From positions 248,001 through 312,000 of the forward strand of contig NMRA01000362.1 of assembly GCA_002633005.1 (NCBI GenBank): a stretch of 64,000 bases of DNA. Reading direction: 5' to 3'. How positions within the stretch are numbered: the stretch's first letter is position 1; every line of letters starts with the position of its first letter. Shown here piece after piece: positions 1-13,132 of this stretch. This DNA is from Phoronis australis. Lineage: Eukaryota; Animalia; Phoronida. Position numbers and translations under genes: made by a program. The notes beneath the pieces were generated by a model. It was not told the origin of the DNA and searched no databases. It saw only the letters and a list, made by a program, of their open reading frames with translations.

Positions 1-1454
1 AAGCTTTAATGTATACTGTAATATTTAAAATATGGGCGACCCTTTGAGTGGACACACTGCTTTTCAAGTTGGTTTGCCCCATTGTCATTGTTTAGTTTGA
101 TTAATGGTATGTGGGTGCCAATAGGATTCAGATTGGGAGAACAGGTCTCACGACTACATACAAAACAGTCCCCTCCATCAATGAATCAGGGCAACTACCT
201 TTTGTCTTAGGGTCAGCTAAAAAATCAAACAACTTATGTCCATTACTATATCCCCCGGGCATGATCTACCACTGCCTTAGGTGTAGCACTATTCATTTGT
301 ATGAAAAGTAAATATCTTTACTTTATATGATCAATTTGTAAAAAAAATAAATAGGTTGTGCTGTTCCAATCAATTTTCCTGAAAACTGAAGTCGTATGCA
401 GACCCCTCAATTTGGTAGAGACACTCTTGGTAATTTTTTCAATTCGAAATTTTGATGTTTACTGAAATAATGTATTATTGTTGACACATCTTGCAGGTGC
501 ACCTGGGGCACCTGTCAGACAACCTCAGTTGTTGAAGAAAGAGTACGTTGCCAAGAGGTTGACAAGGTTGTTGCAAAACTTGATGAAGAAATGAAGCGAG
601 ACAACTAACACAGAAGAAAAAAATGTATTGTGGAGCATGGGGGTTTAAACCTGTATACATCAATCGTGGTGTTTTGGAGACTGCATGGTTGCAGTACAAA
701 AGCCAATATCCTGATGGCTATGACAGACCCTTGGATAAAAGGATTTGACACGTAACCTACAGACAGTTCCAAAAATGGGTGCACCGTCACTCAAGACAAA
801 CTGCCCGTGTTGTCATTCCAGCATGCGCAGTAGCCTGCATCTGAGATTTCTACCCTCCACCAGGAAATGAGGAAGACTTTTGAGTTCCAACGATTTTCTT
901 AAAAGTTTCACCCATTTATAGATATCAACAGTTGTCTTAGCCCTGGAATGCCAACTCCTCCACATGACCTATGTATTCTGTTATAAAAACTTGGGACTCG
1001 GGAACTAGTTTTATGTAATTCAAACGACTTGCAAAAAGTTGTAGTGACAAATTCTATAGAAAGATCAAACATCGTAACAAACGAATGCAATCGCAGTGCA
1101 ACCTCAGCGGCATGAAATTGAAGTAGACATTCCATGAATAGACTTCTGTAGTTTCAGAATGGTAAATAATTAACACAGCGAGCAGCATTTGTTGATGCTC
1201 ATCAATCTGGTTACTTATAATAACATAGTCATGACAAGTGTAATTCAACTAGGACTACATTATAAACCTCTAAACTCAACATCAGTTAAACTTATGGTTT
1301 ACCTAGGTAAACAGAAGAATTTGTCTCATTAGAGCCCAGTTTGTGTGCTTGAAGCGAACACATTGAACAGTATGGTTGTTACATAAAAAAATAAAAGTTT
1401 AGAATCTGGGCCATAGTCTGAAGTCGAGACTGAATCTTCTGCCCTCTTCTTATA

Positions 1455-1594
1455 CAGTAGAACTCTCTAAATTGGTAGCGCTTCAGTGGGAACTTTAGAA
1501 AGGTTAGCATTAATTCCGCAGTAACGCCTCCAAATAACTCTAACTTTGATGAAATATCTCAGTCTCACTGGATACAACTTAGCGAGTTCTACTG
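1455..1594. mobile_element. Tc1/mariner-pogo-type MITE
   Basis: TA|CAGTAGAACTC ... GAGTTCTACTG|TA: terminal inverted repeat with TA target duplication. Confidence 0.75.
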
Positions 1595-2003
1595 TAATTC
1601 AATGATAAATCAAATAACACGACACAGCAACCATTGAATCTCAACCCATAAGCTCCAGTATGCAATAGCTTTAGATGTCTATGACGTGGTATGAAAACAC
1701 AAAAAGTAAGCACATGAGTAGGAAGTGGGAAATCTGGAGGGAGTGCTTATACCACTCACTCAAAAATTCCCAAGACAATGTTCGAATACTGTGCGAGTGA
1801 TTATTCTGTGTACAATTTAGATGAGATTATCGCACGAAAAGACTGACGACCCAAACAAGTACCTTTTCACCCCCACTTAAGAAAGTCTTCCTATACAGAC
1901 CCACTGTATGGGACAGCAGCAGTTTCGTGCAAATCAAATATACTTAAAAAAGCTATGCCGCAATATTTATAGTCATTGTATTGAAGAACCATTGAAATGT
2001 TTC

Positions 2004-2151
2004 CAGGTGCGGATCCAGGATTTTGAGTTAAGGGGGCCAGGGCACGGTATTAGTCAGGATTTTGCCCGTCATACATTTGCACCCCCAAACAGTCAAATGG
2101 AATCTGGGAGAATTTCAGGGGGGGCATGGCCCCCCTCTAAATCTGCCACTA
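2004..2151. mobile_element. ~150-bp MITE family A, copy 1
   Basis: Imperfect TIR CAGGTGCGGAT...ATCTGCCACTA, flanked by GTTTC on both sides (5-bp TSD). Internal sequence shared with 12980-13132 and 46791-46951. Confidence 0.75.
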
Positions 2152-3501
2152 GTTTCAATATAAGAGCATACTATCACTGGGTTTATCTATAGAAGTGGGA
2201 CAGCCAAATGCCACACACAAAAGCTTTTCACAATTTCCACTACTGGTACCATGAACACTCTGGCATTGCTATCTGTACCACTATCAAAAATTTTATCTCA
2301 AACAATGGTAGGGACTGTTAAATATGTGACGGAAAGAAATTCCAGCGCTGTCCATTGACAAAGCATCAAGTCTGAATTTATCTGTGCCACGGCATCCTCC
2401 TTGGACACATCTGGAGCGTCCAGCAGTCGGCATTGGAGTGGCATCAATTTCTAAGCGAATTTTAAGATCTCCAGCGTCTCTTTTGTTCCGCGCTAAGTGG
2501 AAGGTGTTCTCTTTTCATTTACATACTCTGAAAAGCACAACAGCGGCAATTCAAAAGTAAAGAAACATTTTGAATCCAGAGTAGTCCATGATTAAAGTAA
2601 AACACGATGATATCTAATTGCAAGTTTTCGCCTTCTTTTATAACCTTCAAGCAAATGCCAGAACTAGATTATAATTCTGTTTTTGTTTTGTTTTTTTGAA
2701 GCAGACTACTTTAATAATCAAAACCTTGGAATTGAGTTACCATCCTGTTTTACTTTATTCATTGTCTGCATTCTTTTCAAAATACATGCATCTTTTGAGA
2801 TCAGCTTTATTTGTTGTGGCTTTTAGTTTTACTGATCCATTTATAACTAAATCTTTCACGGAAAAACAACAGATTTTAAACACTTGAGAACTACAGTGAT
2901 TGTGAAAAAAGATTGTTATTGTTCAGGCTCTGCGAAAGCGTCATGAATTATTAGACATCAAAATTCTCAAGGTAATTTACCTTTTTATAAGACCAGCTTC
3001 AACCTTCATGATGTGTTTGTCGTCAAAGCAGCCGTCCTCAAAATGGTCGGAGCATATTTCGGCTCCGACAGATGGCTAACTCAACAGTCATTTTCAAAAG
3101 GCGAGCAGAGCACACGAAAACCTGCCATTACGCAGCCAGATGCTTGTCTTTTTAGAATTTAAATGGGTACATGCCTTCCACCTGGGTGGTGTTAAAATAG
3201 TTAGCACACACACACCGATGCACCCTGGCTAAAACACGCCAAGGTTGAACGGTCTTTGTTAATCGTGTACTGTGATATAATAGCAGTGAACTTCATTGTG
3301 GGATATGATCTGGTTTGTGTTCCCCAATACCATGTCACGGTGTCAAAGGTCAACTTTTCGCGCATTTTCTTATTTTCGCTTTTTTAAAATAACTACAGAT
3401 ACAATAATACCTTGATTTGAATAAAATACATCCAAATAGCAATACCTTGAAGATATTATTGCAATTTAACATAGTTGGACCTGGCAAATTACACTTTAAG
3501 G

Positions 3502-3660
3502 TAATTTACGGCGACATTTCACCCATTTAATTTACGGGCGTAATTTTACTGCAACACTTTTGCAATTTAACTTACGCTCGTAATTACGAGCGTAATTTTA
3601 CGGCGAAACTTTTCCCCGTTTAATTTACGAGCGTAATTTTACGGCGACACTTTCCCCTCA
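3502..3660. repeat. Degenerate minisatellite (TAATTTACG(A/G)GCGTAATTTTACGGCGACAC-like units)
   Basis: Several imperfect tandem copies are directly visible. Confidence 0.7.
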
Positions 3661-5715
3661 ACGGCCTACCCTACTTATAGTAATGGCAATTTCAAGTTTG
3701 ACCAATCAGAAGTGCAGAGGTATCTTTAACACCTGATAAATCCGAGTGGCATCGCGAAGCAAGACGCTTCGATGTTTACTTTTTGTTATCAAAGTTCACG
3801 AACTTTGATCCCTCGCGTCGTGCAACAAAACATTCGTTCTCTTACCGTTTTGATACAGTTGAACATTACAGATGGCCGATTCAATTTCAGAAGAACGGGC
3901 CCTTTCCGACGCAGCCAACGTGATTACGAAAGAGTTGCTTGAAAAAGCATTAAAGAAAGACGGGTCTGGAAATGTCATCGTGAAGGATTTCTCTGTAAAG
4001 TGGGCGTCTAAGTTGGGTAGGTCATGAAGTTTACAGCACAAATATTCACACACGCATGTCTATGTACATGTTTCTGTAAAATTTTGCAGGCCGATGCATA
4101 CGTAACACAACATTGAAATTCATTTCTAGCCCAAATTAGGTTATTGTTTTCTTTCCGTAAAAGGAACGACCATACAACGTCAAAACATGACCTAACCTGT
4201 TTGCCAAAGAAATTTGACTTTTCATTTAGGTTGCTTATTGCGACAAAACTGGCTTCATCTTTCACCTTGTTGAAATAAGAAAATATTGGAAATAAACGGC
4301 AGTTCGTTTGGGATCAAAGCCGTACGCGGTGCGTAGAATGATCGACCCCTCTTGCCACTCAATTGAGACAAAAAGGAGCTCGTTCCAAGAAAGCTGACTT
4401 AGCTAAGACAAATCTCAAATTTCACTCAATTTTACGACAAAATTTAAATTGTCTCAAGCCCGTTTTAAGAAAGAGACTTTACTATTGACAAATTTGTTTT
4501 ACTTACGTTTTGTCTTAATTTTGGCTATTTACCAGAGGTGTAAGCGTTAGAGTTTGGAAGATGAGATAAATATTCGACTACATTAAAAATGAAATGTAGT
4601 CAGTTTTTTGAAACGGGCTCCTGGTCTCGAGTATTACAAATTATTTCTTCGCCCGTATTCTTCCCGGCATTTGGCTTTGGCCGATTTCTGTTGTTCTGAA
4701 TTTCAATAACCTTTGCCCGGATCTTAGGGAAATTGTCCCCCGCCCCCTGCTCCCACAGCCCCCGCGTATTACCTCTGTGGATGATATTGAAGTCTACCTT
4801 CGTCTTTGATATTCGTGGACAAAACGCGCAAACATATTTATATATTTTTCCTGTTGCATGAGTTGTCAAAACAGGCAATATGTTTTGGGCAAATTGGTCT
4901 TAATCACAGCCCTTTGTTGGGGCATGCGCAGGCACTACCGCTTCGCATCTCGAGTCAGGCCAGTTGGGTACGTTTAAAAGGATATACTTTGATATTTCAA
5001 AGGAAAGGGACAGTAGATACCTGGAGCGAAATAACACTGTGTGTCGGCAGGGTATCTGATATTGATATGAGTTACAATAACATCTTTTTTTCAGAAACAC
5101 AAAGAAATGGAAAGGAATTTCCGCAAACAGGCCACAAATATAGCCCTATATATGAAGTTAGGTAATTTTCGGCATGAAAATGAATTTAACTAAACACACA
5201 TTTACCAATGGTGAAAAAACTCTCTCACATTGCTTTTCACTTCGTGTCTATGTTACTGCCACATTCTGCGTTGATTTATCCCGCTGTTTCCAAAAGTACA
5301 CCCAAGTGTGTATGTTCTCAAAAGGTAAAACTGTCACTTTTGAATACATGCTCTGCGACTTACTATCAGATTTAATAAGTTCAGGAAAAATTAAAGCTTC
5401 ATTTGTCACTATTTATTTGGCTAAAATCGAGAATCGAATTTGGCATTTTACTGTCCTAAACTTGCGTTCAAAATGATACTTTCCGTGAAAGAATCCACTT
5501 CCGTTACCATCCTAAATGCAGAACAGATTAAGCAAAAAAGCTAATACAGTGAAAAACTTACTAGATTTATATTTTTCGCGTGAATGAAATTGTCCATAAT
5601 TTAAACATACGTGTAGATGTATTCACCATGCAGTGCATGATCTTCTGCGACTATTGTTTACCGACTTCATTGGTCATCGCTAAGCACCTTATTACATGAA
5701 GGCAATTGAACTGTG

Positions 5716-5868
5716 GGCGTGCGTTCAGTAAAGCTAGGACCTACGCTAGGACCTAGCAAAAATCTAGCCCAAGTCACGTGTTCTCATTTAAAATACACGG
5801 CAATATCTCACGTTATCTTGCGAAATCTTGCTTTTTAGCGAGGTCCTAGTGTTACTGAACGGGAGGCG
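5716..5868. mobile_element. Small MITE within the duplicated block (second copy ~17609-17760)
   Basis: Imperfect inverted ends CGTTCAGTAAAGCTAGGACCT ... AGGTCCTAGTGTTACTGAACG. Confidence 0.6.
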
Positions 5869-8194
5869 GATTTTATAGTGGAGTTTGGTAAAAAAATAAA
5901 CACGGGTTCTGAATAAGATGAAGTGTTTACAAATTAAGTGTTTGAAACCACCCTATGCTTTCTTTTGAAAAGTGACTACATTGCTCGCATCATTAAAGTT
6001 TCCTTGATAGTACTGCGTATCCCAAAAACGAGAAAATAGAAGAGCGACTTCAATTGAAAGTTTCTTAGCTTCACGGACATGAGTGTGGCGTATGAACGTA
6101 CCCAGTGTGACTGTTATACTCAGTAACGCATGACTTTTTAATACAAATTTGTGCCATATACTCAAGCCTCCCTGATGTCCCACGGGAAATTGAAAAAAAC
6201 GGAGTGGTCAAATACTAAGTTGTCGCAACTACCACAAACGCAACGCCTCGCCATATCCTGCTTACATTGTACACTATGGGACAACGAGCAGCAGTGTCGG
6301 ATGACTTCACACTAAGTAAACACAATGGAGGTTGATACGTGCTGTGAATGGTTGTCCCGATTTTACATAATATGCTTTTACCAATAAATGGTCGTACCTC
6401 AAGATCAGCTATTTAACATATCATCAGATAGTGCTTGCAGGTGTTTTAATTTGATAGCTGGTCGACTGGTAGGGTGTTTTTGTCTGTTTTTGAAAAAAAA
6501 ATGGTCATTTCAGCACTTTAACGGACACTCACCCCAGGGTTAATCAGTATAACTGAAAACGGCGAAAGAAATGCCCTGTTACAGTCGCCAACCAAAAGCG
6601 CTTTTGAAAATCCTCTATTTAAAAGTCTGTTACGTACGCAAGTGTCATGACTAGTGTTTCGGGTGAGTTTGTCCACGAATAAAGGACACCGCCAATGTAC
6701 GTAGAGCCACGAGCTGAACTGTCAACCGCAGACAAACGATAACGTTGAACTGACAAGTGAAAATACGGCAATTGAATTATTTTCGCCTAGAAGTGAGCAG
6801 TCAGCTCATCAGGCGTTCACTGACAGACATCTCAGCTCCTTACTTTCCGTCTGTGGTGGCCCATAGAGGAACGATCGGCTATCTCACACGTACAGAGGTA
6901 AGGATTTATTTGGGAAATTATTTTAGTTGGTCAGGAAAGACACTAACGTTCCAACAACAAGTGAAAAAACTTTTTCGGGTGAAATTGGTAAGACAAGATT
7001 GGGTACTGCTTCAACATGCATACATGCAATCAAAAGCGCTCCCTCCAGTCTAGCAACACCTCACACACTCTCTGATGACGTAAAATAGTGACTGTTCACG
7101 ATATCATTTCTGTCGCCAAACAAAATGAGTACGGATTTTCCCGATACTGGTAACGAACAAACTTAAAATAATGGCATTGCCCTTGATTATATTAACCTTT
7201 GTTCGTCCGATAATTTGGTGATAAAAATGTACCAAGTAACACAACATTCAAAAGTTCCCCTGTATGAATGGGTTGTAGTTTCTTAAAGTGCAGTTTACGA
7301 ATAATTCGCTGTTCTCTAGTCTGTTTAATGTATTCTGTAAAAGATGATGATACCGTAATATGTAAAACCGTACCATGAAAAATTTAGTAAACTGAATACG
7401 TTCTTAAAGCGATTCTATTTACCCGGTGATGTTGCGAAGCAGACTCGCTAAAATAGAACGCAGCAGAATATGCACGTCGCCAGTTGAACAAACAAAGTGT
7501 CCAACTGGATATTGAACCCGAGCTCAGTGTGCCAGGCATTGTTTCTGCAAAATAGAAGTGAATGGAGAAACAAAACGCGTTCGTAACGCAAAACACCATC
7601 GAGACACATTTTGCTGCGTATTACGGAACCCCCGACCTCTCACTTCATTGGTGACTGCTAGGTATGGAGCACTCTCCCCTTTCACTCACGTGACTTTGCT
7701 TCTATGGTTTCCATTTCCTCACACAAATCTTGCTCATGGGGGTCAGCCAAATCCAAATCTAAAGCTCTATTTCAAACCTGGCTTTAAGACTATATCACAT
7801 GACGTGCCTTCGTTTGAGTGTCACTCGTGTTTACTGGCGTTGCCGAAGCATTATTAGGAATATATGGAGAGTTCAATACAGTCAAAATTACGGAAACACG
7901 TTATAGCCCATGGAAGGCTTTAAAATGCCGTAAGCTGGACAGCATTCCGTAAGGACAAGACACTCCCAAAACATTTAATGTTCAAGAATGTCTCACAATT
8001 CAACATTCGAATCTCGCCGACAACAGTATATGCTAGACTATAGCTTACTCATCAAACACTTAATTTCGTTCGCGTGATCACGTGGTCTCGTTCAATAGAC
8101 AAATTTTCCTTTCAGATCATCCTCACCGAACTGTCCAAAAAGTGCATTCGCCGATGAGTCAGTGGAAATAAACTAAGCATTGCATTTATTTCAG

Positions 8195-9390
8195 GTGACA
8201 ACATGGCCACCTATGTGCTTCGGGTCAAGGTCACGGCACTGTACGATGACGTGGAAGAAGAGCATAACCTTATTGTGAAGACAACGCAACCGAACGAGGC
8301 TATGAGCACCTTTCTGTTGGAAGGTCGCTTATTCAACAAAGAGATTAGTGCATATTCGAAGCTATTTCCAGCATTATATAGGATGCAAGAGGATCTAGGC
8401 ATCGAGCCCGTAGTCCCGTCCGTGCCAAAATTCTACTATGGTCGTGAAGATGCTGTCGATGTTGCAGGCATAGTCATAGTTGAAGATTTGAGACCAAAGG
8501 GATTTCGAATGATCGAAAAGCGCGACGGGGCTGATCTTGACCATTGTAGATTAGTTGTGAAAGAGCTGGCCACGTGGCACGCTTTGACGCTGGCGTTGAA
8601 AAACAGGGATGTGGAGAAGCTGAGGCAAGAGTTCGAATTTGCATTTCACGAGGCCCATTTTGGTCTTTCCGCTGAAATTTTGATGAAAAAAATGTTGAAA
8701 GATAGCGTCAAAAACATGGTGATGTTGATCGAAAAGTCACCGTTGTCCTCTGCGGAAGTAAAAAAGCAAGCGAGGAAGTTGTTGAACTTTGAAGAACCAC
8801 TGGAAGAGATAAGAAAAGCAATCCAACCTGAAGAACCATTTGCTCTTATTTGCCATGGCGACAGTTGGTGTAATAACATGCTGTTCCGTTACGCGGATTG
8901 TGACGGAGTTCAGAAGCCTGTTGCAATAACTCTTCTTGATCACCAAATTGTCCGATACGCACTACCTACTACTGACTTATGTTACTTTTTATATCTCAAT
9001 ACTTCAAGAAGCTTGCGCAAAGCCCATCTTCAAGATCTTCTAGAGCTCTACCATATGACCTTCGTTAACATCCTTCGACACGTCAAGTTTGAGTTCCCCG
9101 AGTTCACGCTAGACGTCGTCAAAACCCTGTTCAAGAAGACAGCCATGTTGGGTATAATGTTTGGGAGCATGGCAATTCCCTTCTTCCAAGCGAAGACAGA
9201 AGATTTTGAAAAGTATGATAAATTAAGGAGTGAGGTTACTAACGAAGAAGAATGGTTGAAGATGGAAGAAGAGATGGCTAACGAAGCGATAAAGAATCGG
9301 GAAGAATGGGGATTCTCCGATTCCGACAAGGCTATTAGCGAGATCTTTATAGGTTTAGTTGAAGATGCAATTGAACTTGGGATTTTGTAA
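8195..9390 (+). CDS. Ecdysteroid kinase-like (EcKL / DUF227, APH/choline kinase-like fold) protein, copy A, main coding exon
   Basis: 395-codon ORF with LIVK, FNKE, IVIVEDL..KGF, LATWHA, Brenner motif HGDSWCNNMLF, LLDHQ (DxQ) and DLxYF. A TTTCAG acceptor at 8193-8194 gives GDNM, matching the family N-terminal GDNx motif, so ATG 8203 may be internal. Confidence 0.92.
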
Positions 9391-12300
9391 CTTTAACCAG
9401 GGCGCCTTGATGGTTGGCAAAGCCAGAAAAAATATATACATCACAACTCTAATGCAGCTGCTCAACCCTACGTTGTGTACATGCAAATAACATGACTAAT
9501 TGAAAATAAAATAACCCACACATTCAAAACCACCGACCTTTGTTGCTGGTCGCTATCATTATAAGACTGTCCTCGTTCTGTCCTTACTTAGATTAAAAGC
9601 GATGTCAAGGATTGAAACCATGCGTCAGTTCGCTATTGCTTATACTCTTTCCGGGTTTTCAGTTTATACTACTAAAAAAAATTTGACCGCCAAGATGTCT
9701 AATTCAAATCTATTCCCAAGTGATGCTGTGGTTTCAAATCGACGATAATTAAATACGAAAGTTTCAAAGTAACTCCTGAATTGATGGTTCCGCAGAGTGG
9801 AACGCCATTGGCCTTCGTTCAGCAATGGGGTCGCCAAATTTAAGTTTCATTCGAACAAATTATGCGAATATAAAGATCAATTACGCCAGATAGAAAGAGG
9901 TTTTGACACCAGAACATGCGCAATTGAGTTTTAATATAGCAGTATTGTTGCACCAGCAAACAAAAGAGACCATAAAGTAAACCTAACAAGCCAGATTTCT
10001 TGTGGCGGGGCTGGGTGTAGTCAGTGCTGTAGTGGGGCGTAGGTGCACGTGGGCGCAGCCAACCACCTTTTGGCATTTGAACGTAGCGCCTACGCACCGT
10101 AAGTTACGTTCGGTGCTCAAGGTGATACGAGGGGCTTAGGGCTCCTACTTACCTCTAATTTTACCACTACACCACAGGGTGTAGGTCACGGTGAACTGCT
10201 ATCTTATTCGAACCGTCATGGTTAATGTTCACGTAAGGTAGCACTGAACAGTTATAGGCTGTAGCCACAGGGCATTTTCTAGAATTTAAATACAGTTTTA
10301 AATATTATTTCTAAGAATGGTATGACATGTTATAAGATGTTTATAAGAATTAATATTAACGAATGTTGTAATATAAGATCTAATATCTTATCAGCCCTAG
10401 TAATTTGTACGAATTCTTGTCACTGACCAAAAATGATCCTAAGAATAATGCTGTAAACGATGATCGGACTGATATATGTGAACGATGATCAGTCTCATCA
10501 GAATTCATATCAACCAAAATGGAGGTGCGAGATTTTTTACACAAGCATTACTTATTCGAAGTTTAGAAAATATGATTAAGACAGTGAAGAAGACGAAATG
10601 TACACAATGTCTATTTTGTTACGTACAATATCATTAAGATTGACGGTAAATACATGTATAAAGGGCAAAACTAAACCTTTGAACTAGCAAGGAGCAATGT
10701 ATAATGCATACAGAAGTATGCAACAGTCAGGGCACGGACTTCTGGGAGGGCGAGGTGACACAACAAGTTGTGATCATCGGCACTAAACATTTCAGCATCA
10801 GAAATATTACACACATTCATTCAAGTAAGTCAGGCAAAGGCATTTTAATTAATAATCCACTGGTGCCACCTGCCGGCCCGAAGTGTTGTACCAGAGGGTT
10901 CCAGTTCAATCCCGTCCTGCAGTCATTCTATTACTGCTTATGAATTTCTGTAATTACTTCACGTTTTGTCTCTTATAGTTTCTTAACGACAGTTGAAACA
11001 TTACAGCGTTCTAGAACGCATGTGTAGTTAGTTGTTGCAACAAGAGGGGGTTACATATATCAAACTTGACTAATATCCGTGGCGTTGGTGCATTGAATTT
11101 TGGAATTAAATGCTGAATGACGTTAATTTGAACATGTGTCTTAAAACGCTACGCAATAATGCTACAAGCCAAACTTTAATAATTCTGCTACATGTAAAAC
11201 TAATGATTGCCTAAAGGTATTTCAATAAACACAATATACATTCATTGACTGGCCTTGATGCATTACAAGCTTCAAGGTGTAAGACATATCAAATCCAAAT
11301 AGAAAAAATATTCTATAAAGAGTTCTTCTCACCCACTTGTTAGACGAAATACAGGCTCTAGTTCTTATTCTTTGATTATATTAATTGTCGTAGCTCGCTA
11401 TATGAATGCAGACAATCTAAATCCGTGGTCATGACCATAATATAGAATAGCGCACTATCCCCTGTGTGTGAATCCGACACTGTCAAGTATTCACGAGCGA
11501 AGCTGAGATTCCAAATTCATCAAAAAAAACACAAAACATTCTTGCACAGCACAGCCATTTGACCCAAACAACCAAACATTTGAAAAAATACAGTAGGATT
11601 GCCGCCATCGAAAGGGTGGAATTTTGAAGAACGTGAAGACCACTACTTATGAATTACACATAAGGACAATTTCCGATGGTTAGTTATAAAATATTGGTAC
11701 TGTTTCCGGTAGTATCACAAGAATAGTATCTCTTTTGAGGATGGTTGCTATGAGTTTTTTGTAAGGAATTCCCACTTGTGGAAAACACTGCTGTCTAGGC
11801 TACTATTTGCAATGATCGTGTACATGTCGAAAGGGGTACACAAAGAACTCTTGCAATCATAAACAAAGATTTCAATGGGTTTTTTTGTCAGTGGAGTTCA
11901 AGTTTACATCGTAAATCGTTATAGGTACCTCAGTCTGAAAACACACCTTAATACGAATACCTCGTCTTCCGTACTCCCCCGATTGCCCGTCAAAAGTCTG
12001 CGAGCATGCATGCGGAAATTGCGCATAACATTCCTGTTTGATAAACTAATTCGTTGGTTTCTGATTTACTTGTTTAAGTATCTACGAATATCGATAGATT
12101 CATAGAGGATTTTTGAAAATTAGACGCTAATCTTGTAAGAATTGGTGATAATTCAGTCAATTTAATTGCTTCCTGAAGTTGGAAAAACTCTATAGTCCGA
12201 TACTCAAGTAGTAAAGAACAGTTAGACGATTTTTGCATATCTAAAATAAGTCTCAAAGGCATTGATGAAATTCGTACCCAAAAACCGTAGATAGAAAAAA

Positions 12301-12979
12301 AGTTTTAAAAATCCCTAAATAAATAAAATTAAACTCATTTCTTGGAAAGGGTGTCTTCGCAGTTCCTTGGTGTTTTTAGTTTCCAGTAATATTGAGTAAT
12401 GAATTTTTTTCTTCAAAACTGAATTGGTTGCTTTTCGTGACTGACGTATCCACGTTAAAAATAGGATGTAACCGTGCAGTAGGCCACGCAGACTCTCAGG
12501 AATGACCACACGGACTGAATTTGAACTGCAAGCGTTAAGGAAGTGTGTACATTTTTGGGACACATTATCCACCAGAAACTGAATTATCGGTCGTGTTTTG
12601 ACTGGAGATTTTGAAACAGCCCCAAAGGCACTATACCAGGGACTTCGGGGCCCCATCTTTTCAAAAAAACTCTTCTAAAGAAAGACCATAATAAAAAAGT
12701 TTTACCGAAACTGGATCGCAACAAAACGAATCTTGACCTTAGAACGAGCGCAGACAGCCGGTACGAGCTGCCTGTCTCAAGTGAATCATAGTTGAGCTGA
12801 TCAGCAATTAGCTTTAGTTTGTAGGGAATTTCGTATTTTCGCACACTTAGATCTCACCTATAGCTACTTGAGGCATCTCCTCGCTACAGGTCAGCCTACA
12901 GGTCCTAGACCCATTCTTATACTCTCCGTGTTGGTTCACGGTTACTCAACTCATAATGGCTGTATACCGGGGATTGTTC

Positions 12980-13132
12980 GAGAGGCGGATTCATGATTTT
13001 GAGTTGGGGGGGGGTAGGGCAGAATATTAGTCGGGGTTTTACCACTCAGAAATTGGCACCTCCAAACTGCCAAAAGAAATCTAGGAGAATTTTAGGGGGT
13101 CATGTTCCCTTGGCTCCCTAAATCCGCCACTG
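12980..13132. mobile_element. ~150-bp MITE family A, copy 2
   Basis: GGCGGATTCATGATTTTGAGTTGGGG ... CTAAATCCGCCACTG; homologous to 2004-2151. Confidence 0.7.

Larger units (their letters stand above)
420..3499 (-). mobile_element. Degenerate THAP-domain DNA transposon, probably Kolobok
   Basis: Minus strand 2981-3230 reads, with stops and frameshifts, CIGVCAN...YPFKF*KD...WQVFV...ICSDHFEDGCFD (THAP C2CH). Terminus TTAA|AGTGTAATTTGCC (TTAA at 3496-3499) fits the Kolobok TTAA target and RR start. Scattered transposase-like remnants at ~450-1150 (EGRN..AGYCA, VTVHP, IAIR..LYC, MLH). Left boundary approximate. Confidence 0.55.
3674..9390 (+). repeat. Segmental duplication copy A (pairs with 15683-21313)
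   Basis: Colinear identity starts at CTTATAGTAATGGCAATTTCAAG in both copies and ends at the kinase stop codon. Confidence 0.95.

Noticed and set aside
3796-6183. Short ORFs repeated in both duplicated blocks
   Set aside because: Shared only because the DNA is duplicated; indels shift their frames between copies and no domains are recognisable.
8211-9329. Antisense ORFs over the kinase (and similar ones over Caprin and Ig exons)
   Set aside because: Shadow ORFs of real coding sequence.
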